Below are positions 49,251 through 61,450 of a DNA stretch of 64,000 bases, one piece after another. This DNA is from Felis catus (taxonomy: Eukaryota). Both the position numbers and the translations under genes were made by a program. Numbering within the stretch: the first letter of the stretch is position 1; each line of letters starts with the position of its first letter. The stretch lies in assembly GCF_018350175.1 (NCBI RefSeq), contig NC_058368.1, positions 233,618,001 to 233,682,000 on the forward strand, read 5' to 3'. The notes under the pieces are model-generated. The model was not told where the DNA came from. It worked only from the letters and a program-made list of their open reading frames with translations, and ran no database searches.

Positions 49251-50309
49251 GATCAGACCAGACTTTCGATTTCAACTCCTTTCCCTCCATTTTACATCTC
49301 ATACGCCATTTCCACGTGGAGGATAAAGAATGAACTTCACAGTTATTTACAGTTTATGAATGAATCACAAATCATTTCATACAAATGATTTTTTTTTTAC
49401 TTTTTTAAACGGAAAAATTGTTGCAAACATGGAGAAGAGCTGAGGTACCACTTAAGCAACGGTTAGAAAGACACAGAAATGGTCCTAACCTGACTCTACA
49501 TAGATCTGGTCTTTGACTACCCAGGTCCCTGGTGCAAAGTCCGTGGATGTTCAGAGTGTGGTTCACGTTTGTTTCAGAGTTCAATGGCAAGCAGAACGTT
49601 CCCAGACGTGTCAACAGTAGCTTCAAAGATGGAGCTTCCAGTTTTTCCATCCAAATGGTACCCCAGCGTTACTGTCCTCACGCAGCTCTGCCGTCTAACC
49701 CCACTTCCCCGAGCACACACAAGCAAGCACGATCAGGAAGATAATCAGGATTACTTATGTAAATCGCCATGGTTCTGTTGAGGATACACCATCTGAGAAA
49801 CATTTTCTACTCTTTTATGCTAATAGCGCTAAGAGAAATAACATCCCAGTGAACATACGTATTTTATAATCAGAAGACGAGCTCCTCGAATTGTTCTCTC
49901 CCACAAATCTCGGAGAAATCAAAAATAGCACAGTGTTGAAAGTACTAGCTTAATTTTCAAAGACAGAGATTTCACTAAAAGCCATAGGAATTATACCTGC
50001 TTGACTGGAGCATGAATTGTAGTTCTTTTAACGCGGTCGCTTGTTGTTTTAGAATACGACTACAAATGCCAAAGTTTCGCAAAATTTCCCAAGGGAAAGA
50101 GGGAATTCTTGGCTGTATCGATCTAACTGAGCATTCTGGAAGTAAATTCTAAATATGAACAAAACTTGTCTTTCTGAATGGTACCCTTCCACCTCAAAGG
50201 ATTGCTGGCTTTGAGAATATCTATGCCACTATTTAGGAGAATTTACATTTTTGTCTGGAAACAACTAGCAAGATATTTAGCCAGAAGTGTGCTTTAACTT
50301 TCCTCTTAA

Positions 50310-50557
50310 GTTTTTGTTTCAATTCCAGTAGAGTTAACATACAGTCTACTATCAGTCTTAGGTGTAGAATTTAGTGATTCAACATTCCATACAACACCCG
50401 GTGCTCGTCACGACGAGTGCGCTCCTTAATTCCCCCCCACCTGTCTCACCCACCTCCCCCCACCCCTGCCGCCCACCTCCCCTCTGGTAACCATGGGTTT
50501 GTTCTCTGCAGTTAAGAGTCTGTTTCTTGGTCTGCCTCTCTCTCCCTTTGCTCTTTT
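50310..50557 (-). mobile_element. Carnivore L1 3' UTR fragment
   Basis: GGTGTAGAATTTAGTGATTCA...ACAACACCCGGTGCTC...CCCTCTGGTAACCAT...GTTAAGAGTCTGTTTCTTGG. Confidence 0.85.
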
Positions 50558-51479
50558 GTTGAGATGCAAAATGATACTTACCTTTTCATCTAGATTAGTA
50601 TTTTCTTTTCTGTTATCGATCATACTTTCTATAAGGACTGGAGTCACTGTTCCATTTCTTAGTACAAATATCACAACTGTGCAAACAGCCTTTTCTTTAA
50701 TTGGGGGCCCTCAGTCATACCAATGTTTAATGCTAAGACATCAGTGTATGTCAGGCTTCTGTGAGTCTCTTTATGATTACTCTTTTTAGGTTTATCTTCT
50801 TCCCCTTTCCCCTTTTTCTTTCCCAGGTCCTCCCAGTGGGGAGGGTATGCACTTGCACATCTGTGTCTATATCTCTATATGTGTGTGCATATACACATAC
50901 AGAGAAACACATGTATATTATATACATATACACATATACATATATGTTCCTATATGTAATCCCTGTGTGTGTTTGCATGTGTATCCATATACAGACTTTG
51001 GGGAATCCACATATGCCACCCCACTAAAATCCCATCAAACCTCAGCTCTGGTATCAGTTAAGAAGCCACCTCTCCTCCGCTTAGAGACATAGGCTTTCCC
51101 ACAAGTACGAGTCAAGGGAAGGACGGTCTGCTCCACAGAGGAAGTCTAGATCTCTGACTGAGGTTGAATTCAACACAATTAATGTCATGGATGCTTCCAG
51201 ATGCTTCTGGAACTTTCTCAGGTTCCATTCTCTTTTCAACCACTCTGGCTTCCCAGGGCCTCACACGACTTTACACGGGTCTATAGGCTGAGCACACTGT
51301 CTCAGTCCTAAGATCTAATTCTGAATTTCATGCTTATGCACCACAGTAGATTACACAAACACAACAGCCAAATCGTCATTAATACTATTTACAGGAAAGC
51401 ATTACAGAGACTCTAGATCATCAGAAGAGGCTCAAGTATGGGGAGCAATTCTCATTACACAGACTTGAACCCTCCAACC

Positions 51480-52950
51480 TCCAACCTTTGTCCTCACATT
51501 CTCTCCCATCTCACTTAATGAAACTTCTAGTCCCCAACCTAGGAACTATTGTTAATAATTTTCTGTTCCTCGTTCTCTTGATCCTTAGAAGACATCCTGA
51601 ATCCGCCTACCCCTTTCCACCTGGGGCTACACCTCTAGTCCAACTCATACGATCACCTCTGGATTCTTGCAAAAGCATCCGCCTACACTAGTGTCCTCTA
51701 GAATGAATTTCCCACACAAAAGTTCAAGGGTTTCTTTTAAAATTGAGATACAATTTACATATGATGTGTGCGCTTAAGGTGTACAACACGATACTTTCAC
51801 ACACTGCAATACAGTTACCACTTCTAGGTACATATCCAAATGAAATGAAAACAGGATGTTGAAAACTCCCGAGTTCGCTGCAGCGTTATTCACGACACCA
51901 AGAGACGGAACAATCTGAGCGTCCATCAGTAGATACATGCATGAAGATAAGAGATACATACACACAGTGGAGTATTTTTCAGTCATGAGAAGGAAAGAAA
52001 CCCCGCCCTTTGAAACAACATGGATGGACCCTGAAGGCATCATGCTAAGTGAGAGAAGTCCGAAAGAGAAGGGCACTGATGATTTACTGATACGTAGGGC
52101 ACCACATAGATGTAGAATCTAAAATTTGAAAAAAAAAGCCACCCTCGTAGGAAGAGTAGAACAGTGGTTAGGATGGCAGGTCCGTGGGGAAATCTGCAAA
52201 GGGTACGAACTTGCAGTTAGAAGTTCGGGGAATTGAAAGCACAGTATGGTGATTAAGCAGCAACTCAGTATCACACGTGTCCAAGTTGCTAAGAAATCAG
52301 ACCTTAAGTGTCTTCCCCACAAAACAGGAATGATACTCCTGGGCTATGATGGAGCCATCAGGTAACATGTCACGGTAATCAAAGTGACCTTTTAACACGT
52401 TAAGACCAGCCACGCCACTCCCCTCGGTGTATATCCCGCCACTGGCTTTCTGTAACACCGAGGATATGAAACACGCAAAGTCCTCATCCATGCCAGCGAG
52501 GGTTCCTCATGTTCTGGCCTGACTGACACCTCCAATCTCCTCTCTCACCAACTCCCATCACCCACATCCACAGTCCCTCCATACTGGCCTTCTCGCTGGT
52601 CCCTGAACCTCAGGGCCTTTGCACGTTCTGTTCTTCTGCCCCTAGTGTTCTTCCTCCACCCTCCCTTGGCTGGCTTCTTCCTGTCATTCACAGCTCCCCA
52701 ACTCAAACACCACCTCCCCAGAGAGAATCCACTGATCCCCCTACTGACAATATCTCCCCATTCATGCCCTAGCGAATCACCTCGCTTTCAGTTCTTCGTA
52801 TCATTATTGGAATCGGAGCATTTACTTTGATAGTTTTCTAATCCTTCTTTTCCGTCTCCCCCATGTAAATGCAGGCTCACAGGGACAAGGGCTGCGTATG
52901 GGTGCTTCCCTGCACCTGAGCACAAGACCCGTCACATAAAAGACCTCCGC
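51480..52950 (+). mobile_element. L2 relic interrupted by an L1 insertion
   Basis: CCTCAGGGCCTTTGCACGTTCTGTTC...CACCTCCCCAGAGA...; continuity across 51730-52381. Confidence 0.6.
51735..52381 (-). mobile_element. 5'-inverted L1 (L1MA-like): 3' end on minus (51735-51818) and inverted ORF2/UTR segment on plus (51819-52381)
   Basis: Both arms stop at the same consensus point (GGTAAC/GGTAATC); plus arm encodes PPFETTWMDPEGIMLSE. Confidence 0.8.
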
Positions 52951-53101
52951 AGATACTTGCAGAAGGAAGGGATGCAACACGGCGGGTGCAGTGACACACG
53001 AAAGCTGCGAGCAGGGAAGCCCGAGGCAGCTGACCGACGACGAGAGGCGTGTGCTCGGGGAGGTGTTAACCCAAGGGCACTCCCCAGACGTGCATCAATC
53101 C

Positions 53102-53120
53102 CACCGCCACCTGGCGGGTC
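53102..53120 (-). promoter_or_regulatory. Candidate CTCF site
   Basis: GACCCGCCAGGTGGCGGTG contains a perfect CCRSYAGRKGGCR core within a CpG-rich patch. Confidence 0.4.
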
Positions 53121-53469
53121 GCTGGACACCTCTGGTTTTCGGCCCAGCTCACCTCAAGCCCTGAAGGGTGACAAAGATACGGGAGACTAGCAGACATCAC
53201 GGCCACATACTCTTCATTCAAAGACCCACACAAGCTGTAAATAATTAAAACCACTTCGGCGCAAGTAACAAAAACGAAACCCACTTCCCACTGTCAATCT
53301 TGTAAGTGTCTGATGACCTCTGGCTGGGTGGATATGTGGGCTCACGGTCCATGCGGCACAGGGGACACAGGCTTCCTCGGCACTTCTCGGTGCTCCCTGG
53401 ACCAACAATGACCTTGAACTGTCCTTTCGGTTGTGGAGCTCATACGCCTGGTACACCACGGGTACGCCT

Positions 53470-53615
53470 CGCACCTGGGCCCCAGCTCACCGGGTAGCTT
53501 GTCAGAAATACGTGCTCTTGGGCCCCGCCCTGTGTGGATGGATTTGACTCTCTACTGTAATCCTGTTCCGGGGTGATGTGCGTGGGACCCACGCTGATCC
53601 CTGAAAGGCTGTCAT
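53470..53615. mobile_element. MER5A-like hAT relic
   Basis: CAGCTCACCGGGTAGCTTGTCAGAAATACGTGCTCTTGGGCCCCGCCC. Confidence 0.5.
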
Positions 53616-53839
53616 TGGGTTCAATGGTCAGTCACTCGTCCTCTGGTGGCCGTCGCTGCAGGGAATTAGCAATATTCGAACCAGAAAGACCCATGGGACA
53701 AGGGAAATGTATGGTCAAAGTCTGGTGCTAAACACCTACTGAGTTAATCAACCAATCAGTGAACTGCGATGAATAATTTCTTGTCTTTGACCTGGTTACC
53801 AGATTTTATTTCTTGAGTCCTCCATGCCAATTTTATTTT

Positions 53840-54404
53840 TTTTAATAGAATTGTCAAATTGGTTTCCATAACACCCAGTGCTCATCCCAAGTGCCCTCCT
53901 CAGTGCCCATCCCCCAGTTTCCTCTCCTCCAGCCCCCCATCCACCCTCAGTTTGTACTCCATACTTAAGAGTCTCTTATGGTTTGCCTCCCTCCCTCTCT
54001 GTTTGTAACTTCCCCCCCCTTCCCCTCCCCCATGGTCTTCTGTTAAGTTTCTCAAGATCCACATATGAGTGAAAATACAGTGTGGAGGTTCCTCAAAAAA
54101 TTAAAAATAGAACTACCCTACGACCCAGCAATAGCACTGCTAGGAATTTACCCAAGGGATCCAGGAGTGCTGATGCAGAGGGGCACTTGTACCCCAACGT
54201 CTATAGCAGAACTTTCAACAATAGCCAAATTATGGAAAGAGCCTAAATGTGCGTCGACTGACGAATGGATAAAGAAGATGTGGTTTATATACACAATGGG
54301 ATACTACTTGGCAATGAGAAAGAATGAAATCTGGCCATTTGCAGCAACGTGGATGGAACTGGAGGGTGTTCTGCTGAGTGAAGTAAATCAGAGAAAGACA
54401 GATA
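53840..54404 (-). mobile_element. Young felid L1 with 5' inversion: 3' UTR on minus (53840-~54076) and inverted ORF2 C-terminus on plus (~54077-54404)
   Basis: Plus arm encodes VWRFLKKLKIELPYDPAIALLGIYP...WMELEGVLLSE; TSD CCAATTT(T/G)ATTTT at 53827-53839 and 54405-54417. Confidence 0.92.
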
Positions 54405-55734
54405 CCAATTTGATTTTCAAACGAAGACCAGGATTTAAAAAATACATATATTTATTTCCAGTGTCATTTCCACTAAACAAGCAAAAAGGCCCAGATCCAC
54501 ATCACACACCTTCCTCTGCGTGGTCCCTACTCCACTCTGCTGACGGGAAGCCCTCGTGTCACAGGAGAAAACGGAGTTGTCCCAGAGTCATCGGAGAGTA
54601 TCCCTCAGTCAACCCTTGAAAAGTTCAAGTAGAACCCCATCTTTCTTACCAAGAAAAACATACTTAGAAATCCTTGGAAATGAACTTTATACTATTCCCA
54701 AACCTCCTTTATGGCCATAATTCAGAATAAAACTTGGGGACACCTTGATGACTTAATAATAGAAAAGCATTTCTACCTCCTCCACAGTTAGCTTCAGCCA
54801 AGATTTCCCAAGTATCAACCCCATCAGGATAAAATACGAAAACATTTCTTCAAATGCCTATGTTATTAGGCAAAAGACTATGTTCTTTGACAGAGCTGGG
54901 GCTGCAGAGAGTAATGATGAAATCATGAATCACCGCGTACCTCTCAAGTTCCTCTGAAATGTTATTCAGAGTCAGGGAGACCGATGGAACCAGAGGAGAA
55001 ACAGTAGCTCCCACTGTGCCTCTTTTCATTTAAAGGAAGTAGGAGGGAGATCATAAATTTTAAAAAGCTTGAAAAAAAGAACAGTAGGATGTAAAAACCC
55101 CTACCTCCTCAGGGAACAAAGGCAGCTGACTGTCCGCCCAGCCCTCCGTCTGGTGGGAACCCTGACGTGGTTTCCTCTCCTCGGTCCTTCTCTTCCTCCT
55201 GACTCCTGGTCTGGTTCTGGGCATCCGCCTATCTCTGTGTGCCATTTTCACCTCTTCACTCATCATTCGTATTCATGTATCCCCTAGCATTTTTTTGAAC
55301 TGTACACTATATAAGGCATTTGATTAGCTATGACAGAGAAGACACTTGAAATGGCTTGGAATGAAGGCCAATTTCCAAACGTATCCATTTACTTCCCTTA
55401 TCTCCTTCCCCACCTCATAGTCACATAGTGACGGCAGAGTCCGTCTGTAACTCTGGTGAGTTTAGAGTGAAAAATCGGTAAACTTCCCACCAGCAATCAG
55501 CAAACCACCACGTATGAATGTGGGCTACCGTCTTCATTGTGAAAGCATCTAAGCTGTGCTCCTTGGGCCTAAAAAAATAGTGTAGTGTTTCCCCTTACAT
55601 TCCTCTTTCCCAGAGCATCTATTCACATTTTTTAAAGATTTGTTTTGGATAATGATTACTTGGCCAAGACAAAAATGAGAACACAAAGCATTCCTGAATG
55701 CTCCTCAGTTAGACAGGGTTTCCTAACATACCAG

Positions 55735-56190
55735 AGGTGGCAGAATACAGTATCTGTCCACAATTCTTCCTCTCTCCTTGGCCTGGCCATGGAAATCAGC
55801 GGCAGTCTACACCCTCATCTGATTGACTTTGGACTTGGCCATGTGACTTCCTTCAAGCAACAGAATAGGGGCCGACAGCCTGCCACTTTCTAGGAAGCCT
55901 CGATTCACGTTTATGCCAGCCCCCTTGGTGTTTTGGTCTTCCACAATGAGGAGGCCATGGTCCAGAAGGACACGTCTCTCAAATGGGTCTAGATTGAAGA
56001 CATACGGAGCAGGATCTGGACCCAACTCAAAGTCTAGAATCTATCCTATCTGTTTGGCCCGGTAGGGTCCAGACAAAGTCAGCCAACCCACAGACCGGTT
56101 AGGATGAAATAGGAAATATGCCATTATTCTATAAGCCACTCAGATTTAGAGGTTGCTTGCTATTCAGCATTCAGAGCAGAAACCTAACGT
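55735..56190 (+). mobile_element. MaLR solo LTR (MLT1H/I-like)
   Basis: TTGACTTTGGACTTGGCCATGTGACTT...TAAGCCACTCAGATTTAGAGGTTGCTTGCTATTCAGCA. Confidence 0.7.
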
Positions 56191-57492
56191 AGCCATCCGC
56201 CATCAGAAGTGATTTGCTACGGTAATGAAAACCTAAGATACAGGTCATTTCCTTTGGGACTCCCAGGAGTTGTGGCCGTTTCAGCAAAATGGTAACTCGT
56301 GGCAGAATAATTGGTAAGTATGGCTTCTAAGAGAGCCATTCACCACAATGCCCAGGTTCCACAAGGTTTTCAAACTGTGTGATCAAGTCTTTAGAAAGAG
56401 CAGAAGAAATGAGAAAAAGTGGGGATGTTTGCCAGAAATATCTCTGAGTAGACAGAAAGATCATCATCCAACCTGAAATGGATATGTTGCCTAGCTCAAT
56501 ACACATGACGAGATTTATTCACAGGTATTTTCTGATTTTACGACTAGGAAAATCAAGGTGCTGAAGGGTTAAGTATTTTGCCCAAAGTCCTAAAGCAGCA
56601 TAAAAGCAAGCCATAATCTTCTGCTAAAGCTAAAAACAAAACACATTATTCCGCCATAATCCCTGAAGGTTAATGGAGCACGTGTTATTCAAAATAAAAA
56701 GAACCTTCAGAATCCATCTGCCCCACTCAAAACAGCTTGTTCCAACACCGGAGTCCCTTTTTGTAAAAATTATTTCTCTCATCAAATGCAAAGAAAAAAA
56801 CCAGCAAGTTCATTTGGAAGCAATCAGGCAAAATGTTTGTTAGAATACATCCACTGATTTTTTTCTACTTATATGATTAGGAGAAAATAATATGTTCTTT
56901 GGTGGGTTTTTTGTTTAATTATTACTTTTTTTTTCTGAATGTGATAAACAGCTTTCTCCTTTCTGACCTTAGATTTTCACAAGTGACTCCAAGGACACGG
57001 TCGTCTCTCAGCGGCCCCTTCTTTGAGCGAACCTGAATGCTACAATCCCACCCTCCGTGTGAAGAACTTCCCATCCCGCATTACCGTTCAGATAACAGTA
57101 ACTTCACTCTCATTACCGTTCACATTTAGATTATACAGTACGCTGCCATTAACTCAGCATTTATTCCGCGGTCAAGTTCAAAGACAGTCACAGGCCGAGG
57201 TAGCCAGTGCTGTAAAACAGACTTCTGTGCCTTCTGCCTTCTGTCAGTAATCCCAGGGATCCCTTAAAATAAGATACCCTGACAACCCCGAAACTGAGTT
57301 GATCCATCAAATATGACGGCACGCCGGCTCCTTTCAAACGAGCTGTTCGGGCAAAAGTAACCGCAGCCTTAATTTGTGTTCATCTTTTTCTTTCAGTTCT
57401 TCCACTCTTACCTCCATCCCTGAAGGAAGTGGGATGAGGAGATCTTCACTGCCTGGGTTCCCAGCAAATAATCACACAAGGTTTCCATGTGT

Positions 57493-57698
57493 TTTTTCTT
57501 TTAACTTTATTTATTTCGAGAGAGAGAAGGGGGGGAGGGAGGAGGAAGAGCAGAGAGAGAGAGAATGAAAATCCCAAGCAGGCTCCGCGCTGTCAGCACA
57601 GAGCCCGGAGCGGGGCTCGAACCCAAGAAATGTGAGAACGTGACTTGAGCTGAAATCAAGAGTTAGACGCTTAACCAACTGAGCCACCCAGGCGCCTC
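57493..57698 (-). mobile_element. CanSINE
   Basis: Reverse SINE; TSD CATGTGTT(T/C)TT. Confidence 0.92.
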
Positions 57699-59902
57699 AT
57701 GTGTTCTTAACCTTTAAATCACAGGCACATCTATAGAAACACCTAAGAATATTCGGCCCTACTCTGCGTATGAACAAGCCATGTTTTCCCGGGTACTTAC
57801 TCTGATTTTATTTTGCTTTATTTTTTGACATTCCTCTAGTTGTTTAGATATTTTACTGAAGGCTCAACACCATACGAGGCTGAATCTATGGTGAATGGAT
57901 TGTGCCATAAGCCAGAGCCACCTGATTTCTACATATGTAAAGGGAAATACGTACGAAACTATGTGGAAACAGGTAGACCGTGTAGAAGAAACAGTGTCCT
58001 GGAAAATCACTTCGAATATCCTCTTAGAAGTGCAAAAAAAAATTTCCACAAAGTAAGGTCCTCATAAAAAAAAATTTAGATGTTATATAAAAGTGCTTTT
58101 ATTTATGTTCACTGTTTTGGTCTTTATGAATATTCATGCCTACATCCTTTTGAAACATTATATTTATTTAATTTGAAAGGCCAGTGCTTCAGAGGAGAAA
58201 AACTCATGCAGAGAAAATAAGTGAACTATTCATCTAAAAACAAATACTGTTTGGGGACTCTGGTTTAAACTTGTGAGTCAACATCTACATAAATCAACAT
58301 TCAGTGGAGGAGTGTGTGTATACAATGGGCTCTTAATACAAAAAGACCCACCAAATTCGAAATGCCTTTGTCTGCCTTTTTTATTTCTTTTTCTCATTCT
58401 CAAAGAGGAAAATCTCAAAAGGAAGAATGCATCTCCTTGAGCTGTAAAAATGAATTATTTTAGTGTTTGCGTTGGCTCCGCGGGGCTTTCAGTTCTTGGA
58501 TTACACAACTTCCTGCCACAGTACCCAATTCTAGCTCACCAGCAAGACGGTCACCCGGGTCCCTGGTGTTCTCCTGTTCTACTGTACCAACAGTCCTGTC
58601 CCATTTATCTGGGGCCCTAAGGCTTGAGCAGGATGTGGTCTTCCTCAGGATCACTTTAAAACCTCAGGGTTATTACGTTTTGAGCCTATGGCACTCACAC
58701 TTTCACGGTAGGTACCAGGCTATTGAAAGACACATGATCCCACCCCCGCTGTCATGCGAACCGGGAGCAAACCAGACATCTTCACAGGCTCCGTGTCGCT
58801 CTAACGTCACTGCAAGGGCAAGAAAGTACCGTACGTATGATATTTATCTCTAAAGTGCTAATCCCACTATCAGTACCTAAATATTAATGAGTACACGTAA
58901 ATTCCCAACCACAGAGGCAGCACGGTCTCGAGAGCGGCGCTCGGCAAATAAAAACGGGGACGTGCACACTCCGCACGTGTTCACGGTTCTATCCCTTCGA
59001 ACATGCCTATGTTAAGACAGACGCAACGGGTTCTAATTAAAAGAGATACGTGATTCTAGATTCTGTGCAATTTCCTATTTGAGCTTCGTGTCTGGGCCCA
59101 TTTTAGTTGCATTTTTCTGTTGCTGGTTCATAACTGACTTCAGCGCTGTCACCTAATGGCGGGGTCCCTCCGTCTAACAGGTGCCCCTAGACACACAGCA
59201 CACCTGGAGCACCATGAAGACGCACGGCGAGGTGAAGGGCATGAAGTCAGAATGCTGAGGCCGAAACTGCCTCCAGAAACCTACCGGCTGGTGCTCGCCA
59301 GCCCAGGAGCCAAGGGAACTGAGCCAGACCATCACATGACAGCACATCTACGGCAAGGGCACAGCCCCAACTTTGGCTCAGCTTGCCTTCCAGGGACTCT
59401 CTCATGGTTTACAAACGCCCTTGAAGGGCACACACGGGCCAAGTCAATGCGTGTTCACACTGCTCTTCTAAAATGTCTGTAGTATCCCTCGTGCTGTTCT
59501 CGCTCCTTGAGACACCATCGCTGCCTTTGTCTAAACGGGTTCAATTTACTACTGACCTTCAAGGTTTGTCTTTCTTCCACTGCTTGGCTGGGCTTCTCGG
59601 GGCTGGAACCATGCTCCCCCTTGGTCTGCGTGTTGATAATCATCAAAGAGCCCACATAACTCGTGAGAGCCCTATGACGCAGCGCTGTTTAGGGGAGAAG
59701 GAAACAGAGGCCACGGAGACAGGCGGCCCCCTTCCCAGGTCCACCCTGTCATGTGGGGTGAAACCCTGGAGGGCTGGCACCACAGCCCACACTGCCACAC
59801 TCCCCCCGCTGGCCTCTGAGCTCAGCCTTCAACTTCCGCGTGGTCACTAAATTGATAGGACTTGAGCAGTAAGGCCGTCTAGCTTCAAAGTGCATGTGGA
59901 CT

Positions 59903-60260
59903 GGGGCGCGTGGCTGGCTCAGTCAGTAGAGCATGTGACTCTTGATCTCGGGGTTGTGAGACTTAAAAGTATCTCTTTTAATTTCTTTTTTTTTTTTTTA
60001 ATTTTTTTTTTCAACGTTTTTATTTATTTTTCAGACAGAGAGAGACAGAGCATGAACGGGGGAGGGGCAGAGAGAGAGGGAGACACAGAATTGGAAACAG
60101 GCTCCAGGCTCTGAGCCATTAGCCCAGAGCCTGACGCGGGGCTCGAACTCCCGGACTGGGAGATCGTGACCTGGCTGAAGTCGGACGCTCAACCGACTGC
60201 GCCACCCAGGCGCCCCTCTCTTTTAATTTCTTAAGGTAGAGACTACTTAAAATCTTTAAA
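59903..60260 (+). mobile_element. Old short CanSINE (SINEC_old-like) disrupted by a filler and a nested young SINE
   Basis: 5' half GGGGCGCGTGGCTGGCTCAGTCAGTAGAGCATG...GTTGTGAG; 3' half GTAGAGACTACTTAAAATCTTTAAA at ~60236-60260. Confidence 0.8.
59988..60216 (-). mobile_element. Young felid CanSINE (same subtype as 197-429)
   Basis: Perfect 16-bp TSD TCTCTTTTAATTTCTT at 59972-59987 and 60217-60232; CpGs retained. Confidence 0.95.
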
Positions 60261-60399
60261 GTTCACATGTATTAGCAACCACCAGGAAGATTAAAAGAGA
60301 TTTATGTATGTAAACGACTGGTTTCTTGTTGTCTACTGTTCGCTTGTTGGCTTATGTGTGCGTCTTTTGCGATGCATTTTAATTACTATTTTGCACGCA

Positions 60400-61023
60400 A
60401 TTTTTAAATTGGTAATATCTAAGTATAATTGACATACAATGGCTTTTTTAAGTTTATTTATTTATTTTGAGACAGAGAGAGAGCAAGGGAGGGGCAGAGA
60501 GGGAGAGAGAGGGGATCCCAAGCAGGCTCCGCACTGTCAATGCAGAGCCCGACCGACGCAGGGCTCGAACTCAAGAACAGTGCGATCATGACCTGAGCTG
60601 AGACCAAGGGTCAGATGCTCAACTGACTGAGCCACCCAGATGCCCCTTGACAAACAATGTCGTATCAGGTGTATGACGTGTTGATTCAACAATTCCGTAC
60701 ATCACTCAGGTAAGTGTGGCTACCATCTGTCACCAACGTTATTACAATATTACCCACTGTATTCCTGATGTTGTACTTTGCATCTCTGTGATGTATTTAT
60801 TTTATAACTGGATGTCTGTCCCTCTCGATCTCCCTCCCCTACTTCACGCCTCCTCCCCACCCCATCCACCGCCTCTCTGGCAACCACCGGCTGTCCTCTG
60901 TGCTTCAGAGTTTGTTTTGTTTAGATTTCACATCTGAGTGAAATCAGACAGTCTTTGCCTTCCTCCGTCAGACCTACTGCACTTAGCATACCGCCCGCAA
61001 GAGCCATCCATGTTGTCGTAACT
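60400..61023 (-). mobile_element. Carnivore L1 3' UTR with nested SINE
   Basis: GTATAATTGACATACAAT...CTCTGGCAACCAC...TTAGATTTCACATCTGAGTGAAATCA...CCATCCATGTTGTCG. Confidence 0.85.
60442..60646 (-). mobile_element. CanSINE nested in L1
   Basis: TSD TTGACA(T/A)ACAATG at 60429-60441 and 60647-60659. Confidence 0.93.
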
Positions 61024-61189
61024 AAGTTCTGTATTCCACAACTAACTGCGTACTTCTCAGATGCTTTTAAAATCTCAGGAGGAGAATTTTAAGAACAAGG
61101 AAAAGCACTTATGACAATGTCACGAACCCAGGGGAAACCAAAACACAAATACTCTGGGTACAGAAGGGAACCAATGGGATCAGGTGTCA

Positions 61190-61450
61190 TGGTATTTATT
61201 CGCTCATTAAGCAATGCTGACCAAGCACCTACTGTGCGTCCGGCTTTGTCCTCCGCACGGGATACAGCGGAGAGCAAAGAGAGTGGAGTCTGGCTCCACA
61301 GGCCCCAGATAAACTGGCTTCCCTGACCAGCGGGGACAGGTGCTTATAGATGATACTCAGGGGGTGCCAGGAAGCCCAGAGAAAGGACGGCTTTATCCTG
61401 GAGAAGAATCCTCCAGGGAGAAGGGCCATGAGAGCAAAGCCTGAACATGA
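61190..61450 (-). mobile_element. L2 3'-end relic
   Basis: ATTTATTCGCTCATTAAGCAA...AGCACCTACTGTGCGTCCGGC...GGGATACAGCGG. Confidence 0.6.

Noticed and set aside
54065..54619. 184-aa ORF as a host gene
   Set aside because: L1 ORF2 C-terminus in an inverted fragment plus flanking read-through.
180..60216. Recurrent MAQSVKRPTSAQVMIS-like ORFs and tRNA-like A/B boxes
   Set aside because: All are CanSINE sequence (tRNA-derived); neither a protein family nor real tRNA genes.
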